Position numbers and translations under genes: made by a program
Shown here: positions 32,812-43,061 of the stretch, piece by piece
Layout of the letters: each line of letters opens with the position of its first letter
Position numbering within the stretch: position 1 is the first letter of the stretch
Assembly: GCA_030141605.1 (NCBI GenBank)
Contig: JAQGDQ010000189.1
Coordinates: forward strand, 1 to 64,000
Length of the DNA stretch: 64,000 bases
Direction of reading: 5' to 3'
From: Tubiluchus corallicola
Lineage: Eukaryota; Animalia; Priapulida
Notes under the pieces: model-generated
Told to the model about the DNA's origin: nothing
The model's input: the letters and a program-made list of their open reading frames with translations, nothing else
The model's database searches: none

Positions 32812-34788
32812 TTACTTTAACCCTTTTTTAAAGTTGAAGGTTGTGGAGGGCTGAACCTGTTTTGAGTTAAGAAGGCGAGTGATTAGTTTTTTCAGGAGGT
32901 GTTTGGATGGTTTCTCAAAGCTCAGGTCAATGAGGAAGCGGTTGAAGCCGTTTTTTTTCAATTCATCTCCATATTGTAGTAAAGAGACCGGTATATCCGG
33001 CACTACATATGTCAGGCCGTCACGTACTTCTTTTTTAAATCTGAAGTTTTTATCATCGCTAAATGGTTCCCCTTTTTTTGCAATGTTGGCAGGCATTCTG
33101 GAAGAGAAGAGGCGCGGATAAAAGTATACCGGCACTATTCCTCCCCTGTCTTTTCCCAGGCGTAGGTTCTCAAAGTCGTTTTCAAGCGGGAAGGTGTAGT
33201 GTTTGACACCTTCATCCCGCACCATTGCAATTGCAGCATCGTTGTAGAGGTAGACATTTTCGTTTGTGTGAAGTATTCCGTTGGGAGGTGTCAGCATTTT
33301 TTGCGACAGGTGGCTTAGGATAAAGTTTTTGTATCCTGCATTTAGAAATTCTTTTGTCAGCTTTTTGTAGAGCGGGATCTCTTTTTCCGGTATAAACCCC
33401 GGAAGTTCACATAGTAGTTTATGTCTGTTTTTTTGAAGAAATGGAGTGTCAAGGTTTATTTCTTTCCACTCTTTTTTTGTAAGGTTTAAGATAACGCCTT
33501 TCACACTGTCAAAGTGTAGTTTGCGCAGCCAAAGAAGGGAGTTAATACGGACAAATATTTCGCTTTTTTTTGGAGGTGCGCCGGTTTTTATCGATTTTAA
33601 TGTTTTTGCGAGTAGTTTTCCTGGTGCTCTGTTTTTAAGGTGTTTTATGCGGCCTTCCAGTTTTGAGGGGAATTTTTTTTGTCGTAATCCTGCAAGGAAG
33701 ACGGAGTCGTGTTTTCCTGTTTCACAGCCGGATGCTGATATTTTCACTCTGTTTCCTGTTTTTTCTATTTTTTGCACTTTTAGTGCTTTTCGTTCTTTTC
33801 CGGAGCTGTTTCTTACCCTTAGGCGATTTCCTACAGCTAGATTTTCGTTTGTTTTAATGGTGAACCAGCCGTTGCCACAGTCCAGTATTTTTCCAAGGAA
33901 GAGGCCCATGCCGGGGTGTTCAGTTATTGCGTTGTTTATGTTATTTCCCGCGAAGTATTCGGTTTTTGTTCTTCCCATGTCGAGCCTGAGTTTTTTCAGT
34001 GCGTCATCAGTCGATCCTGTGTCTATTGCATGTCTGTAGGCTTGTGCGACCTGGTATGTGTATTCAGCCGATTTCATTCGCCCTTCTATTTTCAGCGCTT
34101 TTACACCAATTTTTTTTAGTTTTTCAATTTGTTCTACAAGCTGGTTGTCTTTAAGGCTGAAGGCGTACCTGCTCCCGGCACCATCGCTGTATAGTCGGCG
34201 GCATGGCTGTGCACACTGCCCCCGGTTTGCTCCCATTCCACCGAGGTAGCTGCTGAAGAGGCACATTCCGGAGATGGAGTAACAGAGCGCTCCGTGAACA
34301 AATATTTCGAGGTCTATGTCGGATTTTTTATTGATTGTTTCCAGCTCCATGAGTGTAAGTTCACGCGCCATTACAATACGTTTAAATCCTTTTTCTTTTG
34401 AGAAGAGAGCCCCCGGAGAGTTGTGGTTGCTCATCTGGGTGCTGGCATGTGTGTGTAGGTTGGGAAAGTTATGTTTTATAAGGTAGTATGTTCCCCAGTC
34501 CTGTATTATAATTGCAGATATGGGTAGTTGTGATAGTAGGAAGAGGTAGTGAAGTAGTTCCTGCAGTTCGCTGTTTTTGATTATTGTGTTTAGTGTGATG
34601 TATATTTTTATTTTTTTCAGTTCGGCCTTTTTTAGTAGTAGTTGCAGTTGCTGAGTGGTAAAGTTTACGGCTCGTCCGCGCGCGTTAAACTTCTTCATTC
34701 CCAGGTATATGGCATCGGCTCCACCTTCAATAGCGGCATGAAAGTTTTCTACGTTTCCTGCGGGTAGTAGAAGTTCTGGTTTTTTCAT
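32812..34788 (-). CDS. Peptidase U32 family protein (long form; family includes RNA hydroxylases)
   Basis: PELLLPAG, GADAIY, HASTQ, FVHGALCYSISGMC, NRGQCAQPCR, LKIEGRMK. Confidence 0.92.
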   Translation of the reverse strand: MKKPELLLPAGNVENFHAAIEGGADAIYLGMKKFNARGRAVNFTTQQLQLLLKKAELKKIKIYITLNTIIKNSELQELLHYLFLLSQLPISAIIIQDWGTYYLIKHNFPNLHTHASTQMSNHNSPGALFSKEKGFKRIVMARELTLMELETINKKSDIDLEIFVHGALCYSISGMCLFSSYLGGMGANRGQCAQPCRRLYSDGAGSRYAFSLKDNQLVEQIEKLKKIGVKALKIEGRMKSAEYTYQVAQAYRHAIDTGSTDDALKKLRLDMGRTKTEYFAGNNINNAITEHPGMGLFLGKILDCGNGWFTIKTNENLAVGNRLRVRNSSGKERKALKVQKIEKTGNRVKISASGCETGKHDSVFLAGLRQKKFPSKLEGRIKHLKNRAPGKLLAKTLKSIKTGAPPKKSEIFVRINSLLWLRKLHFDSVKGVILNLTKKEWKEINLDTPFLQKNRHKLLCELPGFIPEKEIPLYKKLTKEFLNAGYKNFILSHLSQKMLTPPNGILHTNENVYLYNDAAIAMVRDEGVKHYTFPLENDFENLRLGKDRGGIVPVYFYPRLFSSRMPANIAKKGEPFSDDKNFRFKKEVRDGLTYVVPDIPVSLLQYGDELKKNGFNRFLIDLSFEKPSKHLLKKLITRLLNSKQVQPSTTFNFKKGLK

Positions 34789-35017
34789 TTTTAGAGTAGG
34801 TGTTGTGTGGAAGGGTTTTTTGTAAGTCCCATTTTTTATTAATGTTTTGTCAAAGTTTTATTGTAATGTTTTCTTTTATGTCAGTGGGGTGCGATTTTTT
34901 TATTGGGTTTTTCTCAGATGAGCTGAATATTTTCATTTTGCAAGAGCCTTGTGGTAATTTTGTAAACAGGTGCGAAGATAAAAAAAGAGTTCTATATTAA
35001 AGACTTCTGCACCGCAG

Positions 35018-36541
35018 TTAGCTATACCATCCACGTTTTCTGTTGTCGAGAGTGTTAAGGGTGTGTATGGTGGTGTTTGTGTTTTCTACTATTTGAAAGT
35101 CAAACATTCCCACGCATATGAAGTCAGCGCCGTTTTTAAATGCCCATCGAAATCCGTCATGAGGTTTTATGGCTCCTGCTGCCAGTGTTTTGAATCCCAT
35201 TACAGGTATTTTTGTACGGTTTACAAAGTTTATTGTTGTTTCGGGGAAGAGGCAGAAGATGTTGTCGTGAAATTTGTTGTGATCCAGGTATTTTTTTCCG
35301 TCTACTTCAAATGGCACGCGGTGTTGTGCCGGGTGTGCAGACCAGTATTTGTCGTGGTGCATGCTTTTCATGTAGTAGTCGGGTATTATTTTCTGTTTTT
35401 CGCATATAATCAGAGAGTCTATGGTGTGCGCAGCCAGTCCTGCGAGATATCCCTGTTTTTTTATATTTTTCAGCATACTGTCTATAACGTGAGCCATGTT
35501 CCCGCGTATTAGCCAGTCGCACCAGTTGCCTTGTATTTGCAGGATATCAACGCCGGAGTCGATGGCTTTGTTAATGTTTACAAAGTAGTCTCCGTTTTTC
35601 ATGTTTGGAGCAACCTGGGATATTACTTTTATTTTACTTCCTGTAAGCTTTTTATATTTTTGAAGCAGCGGGATAGATGGGAAGCCTATGTTGATGGTGT
35701 TTATCCCTGCTTTTTCTGCCAACATCAGTGTTTCATATATTTTCTTTTCTGTGTTGTAAGCTTTGAATAGTGAAGGTACATAGTGCAGGTCTCTGGAGTG
35801 AGCCCATCCTTCTATCAGGTTTCCCCCGGCTACCAGGCGGCTTATTTTATGATCTCCAAGTTTTCCTTTAGGCAGTTCCCCTTTTAGTTCTCCAAGCTCA
35901 GATTGTCTCACCGTAATGGTGGCGCCTGATATTGTGTCGACGCCATATTTTCTCTTGTTTTGTAATGCTCCCAGCCCCATTATTGTGAGCAGAGGTATGG
36001 TTGAGATGTTTTTCAGCATTTCCCGTCGTGAACCGGCGTTTTCCCAAGTGTTGCTGGTTTTCTTTTTTTTGTAGTGAGCCAGAGATTCTGCCAGGCGTTC
36101 CATACCGTATCCTTTGTCATTGATAAGCAAGAACAGAGCCAATACGGCTGCTTCAATGAGTTGTTTGTTCACAATGTATGTGGTTTCTCCGGGTTGCATC
36201 ATTTGTGATATGCCAAAGGGGGGGTATGCAAGGTAGTATGTGAAGAGCAGCGTGATTCCGGTAATAGCTGCCTGTTTTACAAATATTCCGAGAAACAGCC
36301 CCAGCCCAACCAGTACAAGGGCGTAGATGTTTGTTATGTCAATTGTCTTGACGATTGCGGGATATCCGGCCAGCCATCTGAGAGCTCCTGATATAGGGCC
36401 GGTAGAGTTGGTAAGATGTTCGTATGTGCTCCAGTTGCCTGTGTATAGAGTGGATAGCCCTTCGTATAGGAAGCGCCACCCTATAGATAAGCGCAGCAGC
36501 GTTATAGAGAGCCGTTTCCAACCGGGTGATGCATTCATCAT
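35018..36541 (-). CDS. DoxX/DoxD-like membrane domain fused to an aldo/keto-reductase-like domain
   Basis: N-terminal LRLSIGW.FLYEG and YIVNKQLIE transmembrane block; internal SRREMLK; C-terminal ISRLVAGGN, FKTLAAG, GADFICVGMFDFQ. Confidence 0.7.
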   Translation of the reverse strand: MMNASPGWKRLSITLLRLSIGWRFLYEGLSTLYTGNWSTYEHLTNSTGPISGALRWLAGYPAIVKTIDITNIYALVLVGLGLFLGIFVKQAAITGITLLFTYYLAYPPFGISQMMQPGETTYIVNKQLIEAAVLALFLLINDKGYGMERLAESLAHYKKKKTSNTWENAGSRREMLKNISTIPLLTIMGLGALQNKRKYGVDTISGATITVRQSELGELKGELPKGKLGDHKISRLVAGGNLIEGWAHSRDLHYVPSLFKAYNTEKKIYETLMLAEKAGINTINIGFPSIPLLQKYKKLTGSKIKVISQVAPNMKNGDYFVNINKAIDSGVDILQIQGNWCDWLIRGNMAHVIDSMLKNIKKQGYLAGLAAHTIDSLIICEKQKIIPDYYMKSMHHDKYWSAHPAQHRVPFEVDGKKYLDHNKFHDNIFCLFPETTINFVNRTKIPVMGFKTLAAGAIKPHDGFRWAFKNGADFICVGMFDFQIVENTNTTIHTLNTLDNRKRGWYS

Positions 36542-36782
36542 TGTTTTTTTATTGTGTGGAGAGGTTCTTTATGGTGTATTATTCTGATCCAATAGCATTT
36601 TGTTTTTTTAAAGGGTTTGTAATGTAACTGTCGGCAAGATAGGTCATATTATTTTTGCTGCCAAGGTTGCTTGTTAGATATTTATTGGAAAGGGGCATGT
36701 TTTGGATGTCGGGTGTTGTGGCGTGTGATTCTTTACAGGGTTCTTTATTTTTTTACCTTTGTGTTGAGAAAATATTTTATAG

Positions 36783-37124
36783 ATGGAGCATTATTCAATC
36801 CGGCAAAACAGGGTTGCGCGCCTTGTGCAGAAAGAGATGAGCGAGTTGCTTCGCAAAGAGGGTCGCTCGATGCTTGGGGGGAGGATGGTTTCTGTAACGG
36901 TGGTACGCGTGACTAAGGATTTGTCACTGGCCAGATGCTATCTTAGTGTTTTTCCCTCAGAGGGTGCCGAGGAGGTTTTAACGGCTATAAGTAAGAGTAC
37001 TGGTTTTTTTCGTAAGAGTTTGGGTCAGCTGGTGAGGCATCAGCTCAGAGTGGTGCCCGAACTGGAGTTTTATATTGATGACAGTCTTGATTATATTGAT
37101 AATATAGATAGTCTTCTTTCGTAA
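36783..37124 (+). CDS. rbfA: Ribosome-binding factor A
   Basis: RQNRVA, VRVTKDLSLAR, LRVVPELEFYIDDSLDY. Confidence 0.96.
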   Translation: MEHYSIRQNRVARLVQKEMSELLRKEGRSMLGGRMVSVTVVRVTKDLSLARCYLSVFPSEGAEEVLTAISKSTGFFRKSLGQLVRHQLRVVPELEFYIDDSLDYIDNIDSLLS

Positions 37125-37159
37125 AGGGGTGTGTAGATATAATAAAAGTGAAAGGATAG

Positions 37160-38389
37160 TTGAATTTACCATTTTTCATAGCTAAGCGGTACCTTGTTTC
37201 AAGGAAGAAGACCAATATTGTAAATGTTATTTCCGGTATATCCATTGTGGGGGTTTCTATCGGTACAGCAGCGCTGATTGTGGTTTTATCCGTTATGAAC
37301 GGGTTTGATTCTCTGGTGAAGTCTCTTTTTTCTACATTTGATTCGGATTTTAGGATTACTGCTGTGGAGGGGAAGAGTTTTTCACCAGATCAGGATGTTT
37401 TTGAGAGGGTGAGAGGAATGCCTGAGGTTGTGCATTTTGCAGAGGTGGTTGAGGATAATGCTCTTTTGCGCTATGGGGAGAGGCAGTCGCCGGCAATAAT
37501 TAAAGGGGTGGATAGAGAGTTTGAGTTGATGACAGGTATAGATTCTATGATAGTGGAGGGTGAGTTTATCCTCAGTCGTCAGGGTCTCAATTTTGCGGTG
37601 GTGGGGAGGGAGCTGGCTTACTACCTGGGTGTGGGTGTGAAGTTTGTAAATCCCATGTATGTCTATACTCCACGAAAGGGGAGAAGGATGGGTATGAGTA
37701 TTGAGGCAAATTTTAATAGCAGACATATATATCCGGCAGGTATTTTTTCTATACAACAGGAGCTTGATTCGAAGTATATTATTGTACCACTTCGTTTTGC
37801 ACGCGAGATGTTTGAGCTGCCTGATAATGTGACAGCAGTGGAGTTGATGGTTGATAAGGGTGCATCTGTTAACAGGGTACAGGGTGAGATAGCAAGTGTT
37901 CTTGGTAGTGGTTATGAGGTGAAGAATCGTTATCAGCAGAAGGAGTATATTTATAAGATATTAAAGAGTGAGAAGTGGGCAGTGTATTTGATATTAATTT
38001 TTATATTGGTTATTGCTTCGTTTAATGTGGTTGGTTCTCTCACGATGCTTATTCTTGATAAGAGGAAGGATATATCGATACTTCGGAGTATGGGTGCTAC
38101 ACGCGTGCTTATAAGGAAGATATTTTTGTTTGAGGGGTGGTCAGTGTCATTTTTGGGTGCATTTGCTGGTACAGTTTTTGGGGTTTTGATAAGTTATCTT
38201 CAGCAGAGCTACGGGCTGCTTAAGCTTAACGGCGGGGGAGGTTCGTTTGCGGTGCCTGCTTATCCTGTTCAGGTGGTGCCGGAAGATATTGCTATTGTGT
38301 TTGTGTCTGTTGTGGTGATAGGTTTTTTTGCTGCGTGGTTTCCTGTAAGGTATATTTCATCGAGGTATCTTGTAGAGGATATGCATTAG
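37160..38389 (+). CDS. LolC/E (FtsX-like) ABC permease
   Basis: FIAKRYL, VLSVMNGF, KDISILRSMGA, four-TM layout. Confidence 0.9.
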   Translation: MNLPFFIAKRYLVSRKKTNIVNVISGISIVGVSIGTAALIVVLSVMNGFDSLVKSLFSTFDSDFRITAVEGKSFSPDQDVFERVRGMPEVVHFAEVVEDNALLRYGERQSPAIIKGVDREFELMTGIDSMIVEGEFILSRQGLNFAVVGRELAYYLGVGVKFVNPMYVYTPRKGRRMGMSIEANFNSRHIYPAGIFSIQQELDSKYIIVPLRFAREMFELPDNVTAVELMVDKGASVNRVQGEIASVLGSGYEVKNRYQQKEYIYKILKSEKWAVYLILIFILVIASFNVVGSLTMLILDKRKDISILRSMGATRVLIRKIFLFEGWSVSFLGAFAGTVFGVLISYLQQSYGLLKLNGGGGSFAVPAYPVQVVPEDIAIVFVSVVVIGFFAAWFPVRYISSRYLVEDMH

Positions 38390-38445
38390 TTTTAGAGTTA
38401 AGAGCTGTTTTTATGCTTTATGTTTTAGGTTTTATGCGTGTTTAA

Positions 38446-39183
38446 ATGGGGAAGTTACTGCGAATATACAGGCGTAATGTTTACGGTGTTATAGGTACCT
38501 TATTGTTTCACATTGTGCTGGTGTCTTTGTTGGCGATGTTTGAGATACGTAAGAGTGTGGATGTTAAGGACGATTCTGTAATTTTTGATTTTACGGATGA
38601 TTTGGAGCTGCCGGATGTGCTTAAGCCGAGGGAGGAGGTTGATGAGAGGGTGGAGCCAGATCGGTCTCAGCTTACGAGCCAACCTGTTGAGATGAGTTCT
38701 AACAGGCCCGTTAATGAGGCCAGCCTGCCCAGGGATGCTATGTTTGATGATGATTACAGGCGTGAGGTGGATGCTGCCCGGCAGTTGTCTGATGATGTGA
38801 GCAGGTCTTTGGCTGCCCCTATACCGGATATAGGCGATATTGATATGCCGGAGGAGAGCACGGAGGGTATGGAGCCAGATGAGATAGAGAATGTTATATA
38901 TAAGGGTGACAGTAATATACGCTATTACCTCGAGAACAGGTATCATGTTCGCCTGCCTATTCCTATTTATTTAGCTGTCGGAGGAGGAGAGGTAGTTGTT
39001 GATATTGTTGTTGACCGCCGTGGGGGGGTGGTGAGCGCCAATCCCCGGCGTAGCGTCACAAATGTTGGTATGAGTATGTATGCATATGCTAAAGCGGCAG
39101 CGTCGAGGACACGTTTTAATGCAGATCCTACTGCTCCTGAAAGGCAGCATGGTACTATCACATATAGTTTTGTTGCGCAGTGA
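38446..39183 (+). CDS. TonB-like membrane-anchored protein
   Basis: N-terminal TM segment with a His (TLLFHIV), acidic linker, TonB C-terminal-like GEVVVDIVVDRRG...GTITYSF. Confidence 0.7.
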   Translation: MGKLLRIYRRNVYGVIGTLLFHIVLVSLLAMFEIRKSVDVKDDSVIFDFTDDLELPDVLKPREEVDERVEPDRSQLTSQPVEMSSNRPVNEASLPRDAMFDDDYRREVDAARQLSDDVSRSLAAPIPDIGDIDMPEESTEGMEPDEIENVIYKGDSNIRYYLENRYHVRLPIPIYLAVGGGEVVVDIVVDRRGGVVSANPRRSVTNVGMSMYAYAKAAASRTRFNADPTAPERQHGTITYSFVAQ

Positions 39184-39194
39184 GGGGTAGGTAT

Positions 39195-39275
39195 GTTCTT
39201 TTGTTTTGATGCAAGAGAGACAAAAGATCAAGGGGTTTTACGTTCTTTTGTCTTGATGCAAAAGAACCAAAAAAA
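39195..39275. repeat. Two short units of the dispersed structured repeat
   Basis: GTTCTTTTGT(T/C)TTGATGCAA...TCAAGGGGTTTTAC, matching the 47-bp unit near 49014. Confidence 0.85.
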
Positions 39276-39319
39276 GGTTTGAGAGGTTTACGGGTTTTTG
39301 TTTGTATAAGTGTGTGGTT

Positions 39320-39886
39320 TTATTGCAGGTCATCGCCTGTGTGGAACATTTCCGGGTGTTTTCCGACTACTCCTTTGTTTTTGTACCACTGCCTTAGCCG
39401 CTTAATGTCATTTTTCATGTTGTCGGTTATTTCAAAGTGTTCATTAAATCCGACCTCTTTTCTTCCGAAGTCGAAGAATCCGCAGTATACGGGCACTTTT
39501 GCCAGTGTAGCTATTGTGTGGAATCCTCCTTTCCATCTGGAGTTTCTTTTTCTTGTTCCTTCAGGCGTAAGCGCCAGGTGCAGTTTGTCTCTTTTTTGAA
39601 ATTCTTCTACAATTTGTTTGATTGCGTTTGCTCCTTTGGATCTGTCGAGAGGCACTCCACCCATAGCTTTTATGATGTACCCAAATGGCCATATGAAGTA
39701 CTCTTTTTTTATCATGATGTTTGCTTTTCCTCCAACGGATGTGTAGTATAGCCAGGATATGACAAAGTCCCATGCTGATGTGTGTGGTGCTGCTACGATT
39801 AGGCATTTTTTTTGGGGCGCTGGCCCTCCAACGGCTTTCCACCCGATAGATTTTAAGATAAATCCAGTTATTTTTCTTATTATCAT
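39320..39886 (-). CDS. PlsC-like glycerolipid acyltransferase
   Basis: HTSAWD (HX4D) and PEGTR motifs. Start placed at MIIRK; the longer ORF extension runs through AT-rich and repeat DNA. Confidence 0.9.
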   Translation of the reverse strand: MIIRKITGFILKSIGWKAVGGPAPQKKCLIVAAPHTSAWDFVISWLYYTSVGGKANIMIKKEYFIWPFGYIIKAMGGVPLDRSKGANAIKQIVEEFQKRDKLHLALTPEGTRKRNSRWKGGFHTIATLAKVPVYCGFFDFGRKEVGFNEHFEITDNMKNDIKRLRQWYKNKGVVGKHPEMFHTGDDLQ

Positions 39887-39980
39887 AGTTATTGGTGTTA
39901 ATAATGTTTTTGCAAAGTTTATTTTTTTAGTAATATTTTTTGTACTTTTTTTTAAATTTTTTTTGTGAGTGGGGTGAAAG

Positions 39981-40099
39981 TTTTTACGTTCTTTTGTTTT
40001 GATAGAAGAGAGGCGAAAGGTCAAGTTTTTTTATGTTCTTTTGTTTTGATATAAAAGAGGTAAAAGGTCAAGCCTTTAATGGCATTCCTTTTTTCGCTG
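39981..40099. repeat. Two short units plus the internally deleted tail of the structured repeat
   Basis: The units end in TCAAGCCTTTAATGGCATTCCTTTTTTCGCTG, that is the long unit deleted between its two AAGCCT. Confidence 0.8.
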
Positions 40100-40255
40100 T
40101 TTTGATTTGTCCTATAGAAAGTTTACCGGTTTTCTTCATTTTTACACGTTTTAGTGTAGACCTATTTTAGGACAAGAGGTTCGCTTTTTTTCGTTTTTGG
40201 TTCTTGTTTTTTGATTGATTAATTTTACCGATAAACGTAAGAAATTTATATAGTA

Positions 40256-40909
40256 ATGAAAAAGCAGAAAAAGTTTGCAGTTATTCTTGCAGGTTGTGGT
40301 TCTTATGATGGTGCAGAGATACATGAGTCGACGATGGTACTTCTCGCTATTTCGAGGGCTGGAGGTAGTTATAAGTGTTATGCTCCAGATAAGGAGCAGT
40401 TCCATGTGGTTAATCATATTACGGGTGATGAGATGCCTGAGAAGAGAAATGTGTTGGTTGAGGCTGCCCGGATTGCGAGAGGCAATATTGAGCCGTTGAG
40501 TGAGTTTGATCCTGGTAATTTTGATGCTGTTGTGTTTCCCGGAGGTTTTGGTGTTGCAAAGAATTTATGCACTTTCGCGTTTGATGGCGCGGAGTGTGAG
40601 GTTGATAAGGATGTTGAGTCTGCGGTAAAGTCTTCTGTTGGCGCTGGGCTTCCTATAGGTGCGTTGTGTATATCTCCGGCAATGATTGCAAAGATAGTAC
40701 CAGATGCGGTTGTTACTACAGGGAATGATTCATCTACAGCCAGGGCAGTGGAGCAGATGGGGGGGAGTCATCGTGTTGCGGGTCATGGGGAGATTGTTAT
40801 AGATGAGAGGCACAAGCTTGTAACCACACCGTGTTATATGCTGGATGCGTCAATATCTCATGTTGCAGATGAGGCGGATAGGGTAGTGCAGCAGTTATTA
40901 AAGTTTTGA
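40256..40909 (+). CDS. elbB: ElbB/ES1 glyoxalase (DJ-1/class I GAT-like)
   Basis: LAGCG.YDGAEIHE, RNVLVEAARIARG, FPGGFGVAKNL, TTPCYM. Confidence 0.93.
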   Translation: MKKQKKFAVILAGCGSYDGAEIHESTMVLLAISRAGGSYKCYAPDKEQFHVVNHITGDEMPEKRNVLVEAARIARGNIEPLSEFDPGNFDAVVFPGGFGVAKNLCTFAFDGAECEVDKDVESAVKSSVGAGLPIGALCISPAMIAKIVPDAVVTTGNDSSTARAVEQMGGSHRVAGHGEIVIDERHKLVTTPCYMLDASISHVADEADRVVQQLLKF

Positions 40910-40943
40910 TGAGTCCGCATCTTCAAGTTGCGGAGGGGCTTGT

Positions 40944-41627
40944 ATGAGAGTGCTTTTTGTAGCGGCTACCCGTCCGGAGTTGAGCCCGTTTTTGGATAGT
41001 CTTGTTCGTGTAGGAAGGGGTGGTGATGGTGGTGAGCTGTATAGGTGGAGAGAGGTGGGTATTGATGTGGTTATTACGGGTGTGGGGATGTTGTTTACGG
41101 CATTTCACCTTACCTGTGCCTTGCAAGATAGGAGGTATGATCTGGTTGTAAATGCAGGTATTGCGGGCAGTTTTACCAAAAGGTTTGAGATAGGTGCAGT
41201 TGTGGATGTCAGAAGCGAGCAGATAGGTGGCTTAGGGATAGAGTGTCCTGATGGGTTTTGCACACTGTTTGAGGCCGGGTATATGCAGAAGGGTCAACAT
41301 CCGTTTACTGGCGATAGGTTGGAGAATCCTCATTTTACGGGTAAAGCGGAGCTTCCCATTGCTAAAGGTGTCACTTCAGATACGAGTCACGGTAGTGCCG
41401 GGTCTATATCGCTGATAGAGCAGAAGTTTTTACCCGATGTGGAGTCGATGGAGGGGGCCGCTGTTTTTTATGTTTGCCTGATGAAGGGGGTGCCTTTTCT
41501 TGAGATACGCTCCGTGTCTAATTATGTTGAGGTGCGTGATGTTTCAAAGTGGAATGTGTCTTTGGCAGTTGAGAATTTGAGCAGAGAGCTGCTTAGGGTG
41601 CTTGAGAGGGTTGTGGTGTGTTTTTGA
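40944..41627 (+). CDS. mqnB: Futalosine hydrolase (PNP/UDP superfamily)
   Basis: ITGVGM, NAGIAGSF, ESMEGAA, EIRSVSNYVE.RD..W. Confidence 0.85.
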   Translation: MRVLFVAATRPELSPFLDSLVRVGRGGDGGELYRWREVGIDVVITGVGMLFTAFHLTCALQDRRYDLVVNAGIAGSFTKRFEIGAVVDVRSEQIGGLGIECPDGFCTLFEAGYMQKGQHPFTGDRLENPHFTGKAELPIAKGVTSDTSHGSAGSISLIEQKFLPDVESMEGAAVFYVCLMKGVPFLEIRSVSNYVEVRDVSKWNVSLAVENLSRELLRVLERVVVCF

Positions 41628-41760
41628 TTGATGTAAGGGTGTGTGGTTTTTCTGTTTACAGAGTTAATATCTTGAGTGTTTTGATTATATGAATGCAAAA
41701 TTTCATTAGTTTTGGGTATGTGTTTTCACTCATGTTCTTAAATTTAGATATCTTAATACT

Positions 41761-42891
41761 ATGAAAGATAAATTGGTTACTGTTGCCTCTTTTAGTTATG
41801 CGCATAGAGCATATTTAATGAAAGGATGGCTTGATTCGGCTGGTATAGATTGTTGTATTATCAACCAGGGGGTGAGGTATTCAATGCGAACGGAGGCTCA
41901 AAGTCAGATTGAGCTGCAGGTTAGGGCGGAGGATGTTGAGCGGGCTCTTAGTATTGTGGATAAGGTGAATAAGAGGTATGATTCCGATCCTCAGGAGCCT
42001 GGTAGTTCTGAGATTACGATAAAAAAGATATTGGTGCCTGTTGATTTTTCTGATTTTTCACTGAATGCTGCCAAGTATGCTGTTAATGTTGCCAGACAGA
42101 AGGGTGCGGAGGTGCTGATTTTACATGCATATTTCAATCCTCTTATAAATCCCCTTTCTTATGATAATGCTTTTATGTTTCCCAGTAATATTGTTGATGC
42201 AATACAGGAGGTTGAGGAGAGGGCGGCAGAGAAGATGAGTGATATACAGAGAAAGATTGAAGAGTATGTAAAGGCGTCTGGTATTGAGGGAGTTGCGATA
42301 GGTTCGAGGCTGGTCAGCGATATTGCGGAGAGTGCCATATTGGAGTTGGCCGATAAGGAGTTTTTTGATTTGATTGTTGTTGGGTCGAAGGGGAGGGCTA
42401 CTTCTGATTACTGGTACGGCAGTGTTACGGCGAAAGTGATAGAGAAGGCTGAGATCCCGGTTTTGGTGGTGCCTGAGCATTCCGTGTATAAGGAGGCTTC
42501 GTTTAAGCGTATTATGTATGCTACAAATTTTGACAAGTCTGATGGTGTAGCTATTACAAAGTTGTTAAGTATAGCGCGTCCTCTTGATGTGAATATTCAT
42601 GTTGTGCATGTTGATAAGGATGTTGAAAATCCATTTGTCAACTATGATCTCAATCACTTTGTAGAGAGGCATGCTGGAGTGTTGAAAGGTGTTGATGTGA
42701 AGTTTGATCTGATTGAGAATCGGGATCTTGTACAGGGTATAGAGGATTATGTGCAAAAGGAAAAGATTGATATAATATCGCTTACAACACATAAACGCAA
42801 CCTGCTCACGTTTGTTTTTAAGCCCAGTGTTGCCAGGGAGCTGTTTTTTCAAACCAAGATACCATTGTTGGTGTTTCATTCATCAAAGTAG
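41761..42891 (+). CDS. Tandem universal stress protein with an N-terminal DUF2007-like domain
   Basis: KILVPVDFS, DLIVVG, GSVTAKVI, PVLVVP; N-terminal LDSAGI...LQV..EDVERA. Confidence 0.88.
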   Translation: MKDKLVTVASFSYAHRAYLMKGWLDSAGIDCCIINQGVRYSMRTEAQSQIELQVRAEDVERALSIVDKVNKRYDSDPQEPGSSEITIKKILVPVDFSDFSLNAAKYAVNVARQKGAEVLILHAYFNPLINPLSYDNAFMFPSNIVDAIQEVEERAAEKMSDIQRKIEEYVKASGIEGVAIGSRLVSDIAESAILELADKEFFDLIVVGSKGRATSDYWYGSVTAKVIEKAEIPVLVVPEHSVYKEASFKRIMYATNFDKSDGVAITKLLSIARPLDVNIHVVHVDKDVENPFVNYDLNHFVERHAGVLKGVDVKFDLIENRDLVQGIEDYVQKEKIDIISLTTHKRNLLTFVFKPSVARELFFQTKIPLLVFHSSK

Positions 42892-43061
42892 TAGATAGTT
42901 TCAGTTTTACAGATGGCCAAAGGTGGCAAAGTGAGGGTATGTCCTGAGCTTGCGAGGTGATTTTTAATATCCGGACAGGGGAGTAAGTTTGTGCTTGGCG
43001 TTAAGTGGTTCGTTAAAGTGGTGTTTGTGTGTTTGTCGGGATTTTTTGTGATAAGTTAAAG

